From Tubiluchus corallicola (Eukaryota; Animalia; Priapulida): DNA of 64,000 nucleotides. The notes under the pieces are model-generated. The model saw nothing but the letters and a program-made list of their open reading frames with translations, had not been told where the DNA came from and did not search any database. This document shows positions 1-12,100 of the stretch, piece after piece; the first letter of the stretch is position 1; the number at the start of each line of letters is the position of its first letter. The DNA lies in contig JAQGDQ010000109.1 of assembly GCA_030141605.1 (NCBI GenBank), positions 496,001 through 560,000 of the forward strand. The letters run 5' to 3'. The position numbers were made by a program, and so were the translations under genes.

Positions 1-38
1 TATTTGATTATAATTCACTGACAAGCTCTTGTCTTCAG

Positions 39-3000
39 GACGAAACACTTGAGTGATCAGTGGATGGAGGAGCGAAACTTTTTGCAAAAGGACCACCAGG
101 CGGCGTCAGAGTGGTGGTGGAATGAAAAGATTTCCCTGTTAAACCTGCATACGCCAATTACCGTTGTTCCCACCATGGCAGTTCAGGATGCAATACAGAT
201 CATGAATAAAGAAGGATTCGATCAGTTACCCGTCGTAGATGAATCAGGGTAACGTATAATAGCTTACTTTATTTGCTGCTGTTACAAGAACAACTTGTTT
301 TAGAAAACAACTTTACTTGAAAATGCTTGCATGCTGCATAGTACGCATTGATAGCAGCCACAACAATGGCATTTGTCAATATTTTTATTTTTCAAAACTC
401 AAAATTCTGTATTTCAAATTTCCTAAAAAAACTAATCTAATCTGCAACATCTTTTATTTGTATTCAGTTTTCAAAATTATCTGTTCTGCAGTTAGTGTGA
501 CTGCTGCATAACTTCTAAGGAAAAAATTTTCTCTTAAAGGCATGAACGCTCTAGAAAGGCTCTAAAAGAACTCTTTTATTTACTGTATTTATTTCCAATA
601 ATTGTGCACTATCATTTTTTATGAGTGAGTAATGTTCTAGCTGTATCCTAAATTTTCACGGGTTTCCGGAAATTTGCAATTTGGTTTTTCAACTGAATTT
701 ATATTTATAAAATGATATTACCAGTTATGGTAGCTACCTGTAGAAGGAAGACTACAAAGCTCTTGCTTCTTTCTTCTTACAATAACCTTCTGCAAATTGT
801 TATTATTAATGTATTTGTACTAGTACTAGTACCATAATGTATTAGTAATGTAATTGCAGTATACGTTGTCGTAAAAAAAGTATTCTATTTTAGTTAGTAA
901 TGTATGTGACATGTGACATTATTAAAATGCTTTTGCTATTTCTTACTGTTATAGAGGTATGCTGGGTATGGTAACATTGGGGAGCATGATGGCAGCAGTA
1001 CTGGCTAGTAGAGTAAAGAACACTTCCCCTGTATCATCTATCTTGTACACACAATTCAAAACGGTAAATTCATTTTACCACATTTTATTAATAAAGGATA
1101 AAAGCTGGTCAATGTGTAAGAGTGAGCGAGTGAATGACTGAGTTAATGATCAACAACCTGTAAAACCTTGCTAAAATGTTGCTGTTCTCTCATGAGATGC
1201 TTTGTATAGTAGCAATAAAATTACCAGCATCGAGAAATTGATCATCACTTAAAATAGGCAGCAATTACAATAATCCTGCAACAATAGTTTCACAGACTGA
1301 GTATCACTGGTATTTTTTACTATCATCAACCAAAAAAAATATTAAAATTATGTTTTCCTTGTCATATGTTTTTGTTTGGTGTAATGCAGATTCAAAGTAC
1401 CATTGAGTTTGTTTTAATGCACGTCCTCACACCCCTAGCTGAAATGCAGCATTCAGCCACTCACCATGAATCGTTGTGGCAGGACTGTAACTTTGTTTTC
1501 AAGGCTATGCCTCACTGAACTGATACAGGTATGTTCACATCTGATGTGAAAAGATTCTCCTTTGCAAGCAAAAACTAGAATCAGTGTGGCAAATGAGACT
1601 GCCCAGAGTGATAGTATCAGACCCAGCAAGCGCCCCCATCCATGCACTGACCAGTTTCAGCAACATTTGAACCTTTGGTCATGAAGCATAAACTATGACT
1701 ACTTGGTTGTTTCTCTCGCCTCTGGAAGACCTAGAATTAAGATCTTTGCCACTTGTCTTTAAAAGCTATGAGTAATTTACATTGTTCTTCAGCACACGGC
1801 AAGCTGGAATGCATTTTTCAGCCTCTCATTGTTGATGATTGTGGCAGGACCATAACTGAAATCATTAGCTCATTATTTAAACTTTAGCTGCCTGGTGTTT
1901 GAACAGATCCTGATCTTCATTGTTTTGTTCAACTTCCAACACAGTTTCTTTTCACTGTTTCAGATTACGCTGGACACAACGTTGGGCACTCTGTCACGAA
2001 TTTTAAATACTGATCACTTTGCTGTTGTTACACATGAGCAGAAGCTATGTAGGTCATCCACAGGTTGTTATGCATGCTGGGTATTTCTTTTACTTTATTG
2101 TTCTTGTTGTTGTCTTCTGAAGGTTTGTTAAGTTTCTTTTACATTTCAAAGTGTGGTTAAAATTGCACTTCATGGGTTACGCTTTCGATAAAATTATTCT
2201 CATCATTAAATGACTTCTTAAGTATGGGCACTGTCCACTGATGGTGCCCACACTAACACACTACACCAAAGTGTTTGCAATAAAATGCGTAAAAAGGAAT
2301 GAGTGAAACCCTTATACTAAATTCATTCTTTCACCACCATTTCTTTGCTTTCTTTAATTTTGTTGCACACAATGCAGTATTGCTGTTGCTAACTGTCTGC
2401 TAGCTTGTAACTTTTTATTTTTCTTTATTACTAATTTTGCCATTAAGATCATTTTCATGTGTGATGCTATTTAAGTTGGAAATATTATTTAAAACATGAA
2501 AAATTCTTATTAAAAGACAGAGTTATAGTTCCATACTTATTTAAAACAGTAGTGATTAGTTTAGATTTTAACATGATTTTTTTAGATAATGGTTTAGCAC
2601 AGTTATACAGGTGCTATAAAAAGACACCTAAATATTTGTTTATTACTAAAAGAACATTTTGTTGTGCAGTGATTAAATTTTGAACATTACCTTGTCTGAT
2701 TTTGTTATATACATGACCAGTATTAAAGTACTAAACTATGAGTGAAAATTATTATGCCTCATATCATTTTTGCTAACTTATTTTTCATTGTACATTCAGG
2801 GTTTAGATTAATTCTACAGTGAAATTTTATTGTCGTTCTCATCTTTTGATAATTTAATAATGCTTCATCCATTCTAACTGAATTTAGTAACCAATTTTAT
2901 TGCTATTCTTTATTCTCGTTAACAGTAATGCTAAAACTCTCGTGTATGTGATACTTTAAGGTTTTTGAAATTTATTTCTTATTTTAGACACACAAAATGG

Positions 3001-3121
3001 TGATCTGGAAACAAAGAAAGTTATTATTGGAGTAGTTACGAGCATTGACCTTCTACACCACCTGACGAGCCACACACAGGATGGCAAACCAAGGAATATT
3101 AATAATAAGCAGAAGAAATAA
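39..3121 (+). CDS. CBS: Cystathionine beta-synthase, last four coding exons (39-248, 955-1063, 1964-2048, 2988-3121); 5' part lies outside the window
   Basis: Spliced translation TKHLSDQWM...GFDQLPVVDESG/GMLGMVTLGSMM...YTQFKT/ITLDTTLGTLSRILNTDHFAVV/...GVVTSIDLLHHL matches the C-terminal CBS-domain pair. All junctions are AG/GT and phase-compatible. TAA at 3119-3121. Confidence 0.95.
1450..1720 (-). mobile_element. Decayed SINE-like dispersed repeat in a CBS intron
   Basis: Reverse complement shares blocks (tgggcagtNtcaNttg, ttNcacatc, atagcct, ttttgcttgNaaa) with copies near 12400 and 23706. Boundaries approximate. Confidence 0.45.
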
Positions 3122-4787
3122 TTATGAAACATTGCCTTTCAGTTATTCTTAAGCATGGCTTCTTATTAATTTGATTCTGACAGTCAACTCAGTTAATTTT
3201 TGCTGTTGCTTCAAAGTGGCGCTGAAACAAATTTGTGAGCTTGCATACTTGTTTCTGGCCATGTATTGCTGTATGAAATAAAATGCTCGACAAACAATAA
3301 TTGTTGTCGATGATGTTATTTCGGCTGCTCCAAGGCAAAAGTGCTCAGCCCATTCTTTGTGAAAAGTGAGATTTCACTTTGACCAGTGTTCGCCTAGCCT
3401 TGTACTGCTTTGTCATGTACTGCCCTGTAGCCATTCTAACCATTTTGGCATTGCTTTGAGCAGCTGAAGAGGCCATCTGATGGTGTGTCTCAAAGATATC
3501 CAGTCAAACCAAACACAGTCGTAATAGCACAATAATTTTAACTGACCAAATATTGATAAAATATTTTGTAACCTTTAAGGTTTCTTCCCTAATATTTATT
3601 ATATTTTCGCAATAAAATTGCAAAAGTTGTAATATTTTTTCATATTCTATTCTTTGGTTACATATACCTTGTTGCTTTTAATTTGAACTTCAATTTAATG
3701 TTATTACAGTTGAGTACAATTCCATACTTTACAGTTCATAATTTATAATGAAATTTATTCTGATAAGAATGTTGAATCTTGTTACTAAGTGCTATTAGAT
3801 TTAATTGTTTGATTCAATTAGAAATTTACCATTGTTAAATTTTCTACGTTTGAATTAATTGTTCTATTTTAAGATTTGGGATGCAGATGGAAATGATGTT
3901 TGTTTATAAAACATAGTGTTGGGACAGTATATTGGATAAAAAATATTAGTTAGGAGCACAATTTTTTTGTTTTATTATTAATAGATTCTCATATTGGATT
4001 ATTTTTGTATTTTTAACATTTTAAAATCTGCAAGGTTTATAGGTAGGCAAATTAACCTGAATTAATTAGTATAGATTAATTTATTGGTATTTGCAGTAAA
4101 ATCGTGTACCAACTGTTATGATTGCAAAAATAATTTCGGTGTAACAAATTGTAGAATTCGTTTAATTACTTACTCTTGCTACTGTGATTTACGGGTATAA
4201 TGGGTAACCATAATATATAATGTGTAGCAAACGCTTAAGATGCATGCTAAATTGTTGACACTTTCAGATTAATAATTTGAACTCTTTCAGAAAAAATTGT
4301 TATACACAGCTTTGATTATGTTTTACACCACGTTCTTTTTCATATTCTTATCAAAGTTACAGCGTGTGCAGCACACTATTGCCATTTATAAAAATATTTT
4401 AACATGTTTAGAAGCAAATTTGACCTTGAATGACTTTTGTTTTTGACACTACAACCTATCAGATTCAAAAAGCTGGTGAAAAAATTCAAATAAATAATCT
4501 GTCCTTTCATTCATTTTATATTATTGTTTGTAATTGTTTAGTGACAATGTAGGATATATAAGATTCACTGTTCTCTATTTCAGTTAACTTATTTTATTGT
4601 GAAATGAAATTTTTAGATATAACACATAATACCTGACAAATAATTTGTCGTGTTCCTCAAATCTATTTGATGAATTGTTAATTAAGGTACTAGCTGCAAT
4701 TATTTAACTTTCATTTGATGGAATAAAATATTAAACTGTTAATTTTTGGGAATCTGGAGCTTTTTCTGTTTTATTAAGCATTTCTGC

Positions 4788-5553
4788 AGTTTATCTCTGT
4801 TATACCTTTTGGTCCTAAGTAGTAAGTGCAGTTCATCTGTCTGTCACCTTATCCTAACTAGCACGTGTAGTGTATCACTGCATTACCTCCTGATCCCAAG
4901 TAGTATCTGCAATTTCTCAACATCACCTAGTCCCAACTAGCATGTGCAGGTTACCTTTACTTTACCTAGTCCCAAGTAGCATGTGCAATTTAGCTCTGTG
5001 TCACCTTCTGGTCCCAAGTAGTATGTGCAATTTATCTCTGTGTTACCTTCTAGTCCCAAGTAGTATTTGGAGTTTATCTCTGCATCACCTTCTGGACCCA
5101 AATTGTATGTGCAGTTTTATCTCTTCGTCAGCTTTGGTCCTAAGAAACACCTTAGTTTATGTTTGCCTCACCTTATAGCCCTAACTGGTATGTACAGTTT
5201 ATCTCTGCATCATTTCTGGTCCCAAGTTGTATGTGAAATTCACCTCTACGTCACTTCTGGCTTCAAGTAGGTGTGCAATATATTTCTGCATCACCTTTTA
5301 TTCCGAAGTAGTATATGCAAAATATTTTTGCACTGCCTAGCCCAAGTAGTATGTGCAGTTTATCCTTGCGTCATGTCTGGCCATATGTAGTTTGTACGGT
5401 TTATCTTTGCGTCATTTCTGGTCCCAAGTAGTTTGTGCAGTTTATCTCTGCCTCAACTTTTTGTCCCAGGTGGTGTGTATGCATGTAACTCAGTTAATCA
5501 ATTTCTGCAAATAGTTTGTGTAATTTACCTGTGCATCGACTTCTGGTCCCAAG
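4788..5553. repeat. Degenerate minisatellite, 39-42 bp unit, roughly 18 copies
   Basis: Unit approx. agtttatctctgcatcaccttctggtcccaagtagtatgtgc. The cccaa core recurs at about 4971, 5013, 5055, 5097 and 5221. Confidence 0.9.
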
Positions 5554-6371
5554 GTTGACTTCTTTAAGTAGTTTGAATATCTGGGTCACTGTCAAGACTG
5601 AAAATCAGTCATAGAGAGACAAATAAATGTACAGTTTCTGTAGTATATATACAGTGCAAAAATAAAGCTCGCACTAAAATTTGTTAATTTAACAAAGACT
5701 TGATAAGATTTATTAATGCAATTATCTTGTTTAAATACGATTCAAATAATTTATATACTACTATAGGTTTTGAGTTTTACGCTGTTTAATTACAGCCTAT
5801 GCCGCGCACTAACAAGGACTTCGTAGGGGAAGTCTTCGCAGAGGGCTTCGTAGGGCTATTTCTAACAATAATCCGGAATTCGTTCCACAAAGAGGTCTTA
5901 CTTCGTTATGCAGTGTTGGATCCCCCTAACGCTGGAATGTAGAAATATTAGTATTTCTTGCTTTCTCATTTGTGCCGAACAAACGATTCCTTGCGTGCGC
6001 TTGAATTTTTAAAATTTACAATTAGAATTTTATCTTGCCAGCTGGCATTGTATCTAGTCAAAAGCACTTGGATAGCCAATTGAAGACCTATGCCTTTTTG
6101 TGCATATTGCGCCGGTGACCAGGAAGAGACTGCAGCTAGGAAGTAAGAATATGAATACAGGTCCAGAACAAAGAATTATTACCTGTAATTTGCCACTGAT
6201 AGAAGAACAATGTTCTTAACTTCAGTGTTTTTACTGAAGCAATTGAAGTCAACAGTGAAACAAAAATCTTGATTGCAAAGAATTCCATGAAGACAGGAAA
6301 AAAAAGCTCAAAAAACTATAATGACAAATGTTCAATTCATAGCAATAATTTGAGAAGTAGCAGCAAAATGG

Positions 6372-7210
6372 TACGTGACATTTGGACATGGCTATTTGGG
6401 CAAAGGGCATTTAGGCACGGGAACACTTTGTACGAGACTTTTAGACACTAATAAAACTTAATACTGTATCTGATTTTCTTATTTTTGTTTGTTAACTTAT
6501 TTATCATTAGCATTTTATTTAAATGTGACAGCATTTTATTTCAAAAATATATAATGTATCACAAAAAAATGCAAATAACAAAAATGTGATCACAAAAAAT
6601 CTTTCACACCAAAATTCAGGGTCAGTACAACTAGTATAGCTTTTTAACTAGTATTATATCACAGTACTATATTCATTTAGAGCTTGGTGTGCTTTAGAAG
6701 AAACCGACCTAGGCTAGAAATCGTTTTTTAGTTCATTAGTTGCTCACATAACTAGCTGCCAACTAGAACACGACAAGCTAGATCAATTAATAAGTCAATT
6801 AAATGATGTATGATTATCAATATTAAGATCAACAATAACTGTTTGTTGTATTTCTAGCGATATATAATGCCTGATAATATCATACGTTCAGCAGCAGTGT
6901 TTTGAACACGCTAAGGGAGTTGTACTATAAATTATATACTATAGATTTTTCAAGTTTTACACGATCGTAGACACGAAAATAATTATTTGTTTTCTAACAA
7001 AACATTAGAGTATAATTTTAAAAATGACATGGTAATCAGCCAGTGGACGAGGATGCCCACAATAAGTTTTAGCATGTTAGGCAGCTTGATTTGGACGTAA
7101 TCAAAACAGAAATCACACTGGACGTAACTCGGCGTTGGCGCCCATGTCTCGCGCCCGAATGAGCAGGCGCCCAACAACAGCTCCAAATTTTCCTGCGCCA
7201 AAATTGAGTA
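6372..7210. mobile_element. Old non-autonomous DNA transposon (MITE-like) with inverted subterminal repeats
   Basis: Left motifs gacatttggac/ctatttgggc/gcatttaggc mirror right motifs gcgcccatgtc/gcccgaatg/gcgcccaac/gcgccaaaattg. No clean TSD seen. Confidence 0.45.
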
Positions 7211-7229
7211 AAATGAGTAGACTCGTGGC

Positions 7230-7436
7230 TACTTGTAATCATTAAACAGCGTGATATATTACATATAAATGTAAATCACATACAGCAGCCTTAAGAAGCC
7301 AAGTTTGACGCTATCGAACTTCTTGTGAATCGTGGACATAGCAGCCAAATTGCCGTTAATTCTGATTTCTGTTGTAATTGCTACTTTACCTTAATAAGTG
7401 TTTAAAAGTGATTAGGGACATTTGAAACACCCTGTA
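7230..7436. mobile_element. Tc1/mariner-type terminal fragment
   Basis: Ends in gaaacaccctgTA (reverse complement TA-CAGGGTGTTTC), typical of Tc1/mariner ends. Partner end not found; left boundary is a guess. Confidence 0.4.
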
Positions 7437-8938
7437 TGGTACAGAGCAGTAGATTACAAATTATGTCGCATTTGGCCAATGAATTTTTTTAATTTTATCA
7501 TATCGTTTACTCATTTATATCTCTCATGAGCTGAAAGATTTTTATGTTATACAAAAGCATAAGAGTAACGTGGGTTTCCTTTTTCCATCGTTTATACACT
7601 TTTAAAAACGTGCTCACTCTTTTGAGATTTCATAGTAGCTCTGCAACAACGGGTTGGCTTCCCTGGTTTGTAAAAAACATAAAAACTTTTAATAAATGCA
7701 GAAAGACAAGCAACTTGTAGCGAGGTGTTCTAACGCTAATGATGTCAGTAATAATATTACACTGTCGCAAATATAATGTACTTTGAAACATATATATAAT
7801 CTAAGAGTATAAAAATAAAATTCGATACAAATCTTCAGAAATACAAATCTTCAATATTTAAATACAAATTCGATACAAATCTTCAGAAACTTGCTATAGA
7901 TCTTTACTGATAGAACAACTCTCTGTATACATGTATAATTGTATAAAACTGCACGTGAATGATATTAGTCTTACCATTCGTATATTTCATGATTCAGTAA
8001 AAAAAAATCTATGTATAACCATATACGTCAATTCTAATAATAATTACAAATTAAAAAATATAATGAGTATCAAAATAAATAAAAAGCAGCTACTATAATC
8101 ACTGTTTGCACATGATTGACAATAAAGGCGTAATTTTTCGAATGATTTATGTATAATTATAATTAATGTGTAAAAATATACAATTATAAAAATTAACATA
8201 AATAACTATCGTAATTATCATAAACCTATAGAAATTTTTGAGATCATAATTTTGTCTTCAAAAAAGGCGAAGTTGTACACTAGTAAAGCTGCCAACTCGT
8301 ACACGGAAAAGGTTGTATCTGCTTCACCTAGGTACATGCAAAACCAAGCGAGACACGTGATCACGACCATCTCCCCGTCGTCGTCCTGGAAGATGTCGTT
8401 CAGGATTCCTGGAAGACGATTCTCTTCTGCGAGACACCGCAGCATGCTCAACAATATCAGGAATATGTAGTCTGAGGCAAGTGGGATAAATGCTGAATAA
8501 AGCATACTAGTATAGTGAAATCAGCTCTACAAAGTTTCCTGAAAATTAAAGTTGGACTTTAATTCATGATGATTTTACGTTAATTTCTGTGATATTGTGC
8601 AATTTGAGAACTGTATTATATGTAAAATAAATTAGGCTTAAGAAAAAATTTAGTCCTAAATATATAATATTTATATATATATAAGCCTATAATAAATATT
8701 AGTAGTTATAATAACTATCTATACAATATATACATTACAACTTTACATGTGTTTTAAATTATAAACATCCACACTATAAAACAAATGCATAAGTACGATA
8801 TACTCACGCAAAATTTACACGTTTCTGAACTTTTCCCCGGTTTTTTAGAAGTAGATTTTAGGGGATTGCCACTACAAGTATCTGAAAACCTGGTTTCTCA
8901 GTATAATTTTGATCCTTTCCATGTACGTTTTTGACTTG

Positions 8939-9114
8939 ATGACATCATAAATATGATTGAATAACATTCTAGCGCTAGATGTCGCCACAGTCATTCCATG
9001 TGTATTAGATTTCACTGTTTTATAATATTAGATCATCATGCCTCTTTACGTTTATATTTAAAATATAGTTGTGACGTAAATTTTAACTGTGCGGTTAATT
9101 TATTATGCTTAGAA
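8939..9114 (+). promoter_or_regulatory. Putative TMEM147 promoter region
   Basis: Directly upstream of ATG 9115. CRE/ATF-like atgacatcat and gtgacgtaa; CTCF-like ctagatgtcgcc at 8975-8986. Confidence 0.4.
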
Positions 9115-12100
9115 ATGACGTTTTTTCATTTTGGAAATTGCGTTGCGCTAGCTTATGCGCCGTACTTTATTACATACAAGTATTCAGGATTGTAAGTTTG
9201 GTTTTAATAACTTACTGGGTTACAGTTTCTAGCTGCACTTCAGTCTGTCATTACAAATTACAATCTTGTCATTGTTAGCACTTGCGTTATGAAATGACCA
9301 AAATGTGTTCTGCCTTAAAACTTTAAAATGAAATTTCATTTCTTCTTTATTTTTTTAAACTAAAGACGTAAAGTTTGATGAAGTGGGTCAGTATGTTACC
9401 TGCAACACCCACCACGCAGTGGGTGGGGGGAGAAAAGCTACTGTTGTGCTTAAGTATTTCAAATGTATCCATTCATTGGTAGACTTACATATGCACTACT
9501 ACAGTGCTATACAGTATTAAGGTGCTACAAATTCTTGTTGCTAAAGCTTCCGTATAATTATTTTCGGTCACCATAATTTTTCGACTGCCCCAAACGAGGT
9601 GCGCAGATTATTGTGAGCTTTTTAGTAGCCAAGTAGTTGTAAGATCTTTTGGGCTAGAGCCAAAATTGGGTTCGGTTGAATTGTTGAAATTTGGCGTTGA
9701 TATTCATGTATGCTAGTTCAGCTTAGAAAAGAATTTGCTTCAACTGCCATTTTGTCTGGTGTGTTTTTTCTTGGACTTTTCAGTTGTGTCTATGTTACTA
9801 TTGAACCTCTTGTTGCTTAAATGGTGTGAATATACACAACCATAATTTTATGTATGTTGTATTATTTCAGAGCTGAATACAGTGCATTTTGGAAATGCGT
9901 CCAAGCGGGTGTCATGTACTTGTTCACTCAACTGTGCAAAATGATGGTGCTAGCTACATTTTTTCCACCAACCGACTCAGGTGGTGAAAGCCTAGACGTA
10001 ATGGGGGTATGGCCAATGAACAGTTGTTGTTGTGATTAAAAAAGCCAGCATTAACATTGTTTTAAGAAATTTGAGTTGCCAGATACTTTGTCTCCTTGCT
10101 TCTATCTACTGGCCGCCCATACTTTTTCTTAAATAAATTAGAAATTTTAATTTAGAAAATTAAATAAAGGAAACAGCATATTCTGTTTCTCTATTTTGTT
10201 TTTAGTGGTAGTGATTTACATACTGCATGGAAGGGCTGTTTTTTTATATTGTAATCCCATTTTTTGTATTTTGTAATACATGTCTTTGCTTTGCAATCTC
10301 ATAAAATTCCGTGCTTGAAACTTGGCTATATATCAATCTGTGTTGTAAGGAAAACTCATTGTAAGCTACACCCTTCTCAAAAATTACCGTTATAGAAAGA
10401 AACTGGTCATAAATGCTTGGCTTTACTACACACATGTAAACTTTTGTTTTCAGGAATTTTTCAAGTCTACTGTTGACTTAGCTGATTTAGTTGGTATTTA
10501 CGTTGTTATGTCGTGGACTGCGAGTAAAGGTGAAATCAAATTTCTTGTGGCTGGTTTAGGCTGGGCTACAGCTGAGCTGATCATGACAAGGTATTTCCAA
10601 ATTTGCAATACATACATGTTCTTGTTATGTTCAGAATGCCTGATTATAATAATTGAATAGACCTCTTGTTAACTCAGCGGGGCATTTTTTTTGCTAATTT
10701 TTGCATTTTTTGTTTTGCAATCATACTTCTAAGTGGCAGATTGCTTGCCTATGCATGAAGAGCAACACACAAGCAAATAAATAAACAAAGTTGCTTTGCT
10801 TAATAGTAATGATATCAAATAAAATAAAACAGTAAATTGTAAAATAGTAATTATTAATGTCATTATTTGTCACTTTGATCTGCTCGTTATTTCTCATCTT
10901 GATCTGTTTATAGACTGCCTAAAAGCAAAAAGTTAGCACTTTGTAAGTTGTAAGTGTTCTGCTTTACAAATGAAGCATTCTTATTTTATTATGCTTTCAC
11001 TTTTTGTAAAGGTGAAAATTTTTGAAGTACCTGGTGTTCGAGATGATGTATTGAATTTTTTCTTGTAGACTATTTCCACTATGGGTTGGAGCACGTGGCG
11101 TGGAATTTGACTGGAAATATATTCAAATGAGTTTGGATTCTAATATAAGTTTGGTAAGATTATTACCCTGCTTCCCTGCATGGAAGTTTATGTGTGCTTT
11201 ATTTTCATTGCAATTACAAAGAGATTGAAACTACTGTGTTAGCTTATTCTGTCTGCATTCACTTCTACACTATTTTGCAACATTTTTTGGCCATCATAAA
11301 AGACAGATATGCTACTTGCATGCAATAGCTTTGTTGATAAGGCCTGAGGGATTATTTTTTGTGGTTCAAGATGGAATCTGTGCTGAATTTGCCTGAATCT
11401 GTAATGGTCTGGTGACATGGCATTCTGTTTTTAATGGGTTATTTTTCCTCACAACTATTCGTGTTTCAAGGTTTGTTCCATTATTTGATCCTGTAGGTAC
11501 TGTTAGGGAGTTGGGTGTGCTGTTGGATATGTCTTTAACTACGGATGCAGATGTCTGTAGCATATGTAAACAATCCTTCCATCAGCTCTGTAAACTAAAG
11601 CAAATTCGGAAATATCTAACTAAACACACGGTGTTAACACTTATGCCTTCATTAATAGTAATCTGGATTGCTGCAATAGTTTAGTAGCTGATATTAGCCA
11701 GTATCTGCTCAACATGTGACCTGCAACATGTACAGAATGTTCTGCCCATCTGATCACTTCACCTATTATTGAGGATAAGCCAGCTTGTTCTTCCAGATCT
11801 TGTAGCACTCACTCACTTGTGGTACCTAAATGCAAAACTAAAATGGGCTCATGAGCATTTTCTCACACTGCATCGAATTTGTGGAGCTTCCTGCCACATA
11901 TATGGTCTGAAGCATTTGTACTGTTTTTAAATCACTACTAAAAACACATTTATTTAAAACTGCAATTAATCTATAACTTTATTTTATATCAATTTTAATA
12001 TTTCTCAGTTTTATTATAACAGTTTGCCAATTTCAAAACTTTTAGATCTAATGTTTTGTAGCCATATGTCAGTTTTTATTAATTGTCAGCTTTCATTGTT

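Noticed and set aside
3305-3485. SECIS element
   Set aside because: Spacing does not fit a SECIS core, and the visible CBS exons have no in-frame TGA.
4788-5553. CRISPR-like periodicity
   Set aside because: Whole units repeat with no unique spacers, no cas genes, eukaryotic context.
5800-5940. GC-richer patch whose taggggaagtcttcg resembles RNase MRP CR-I
   Set aside because: No matching CR-V or P4 partner found nearby; match too short.
8218-8505. Overlapping 95-aa and 72-aa ORFs in a GC-rich patch
   Set aside because: No recognisable domain or linked exons; probably a repeat remnant.
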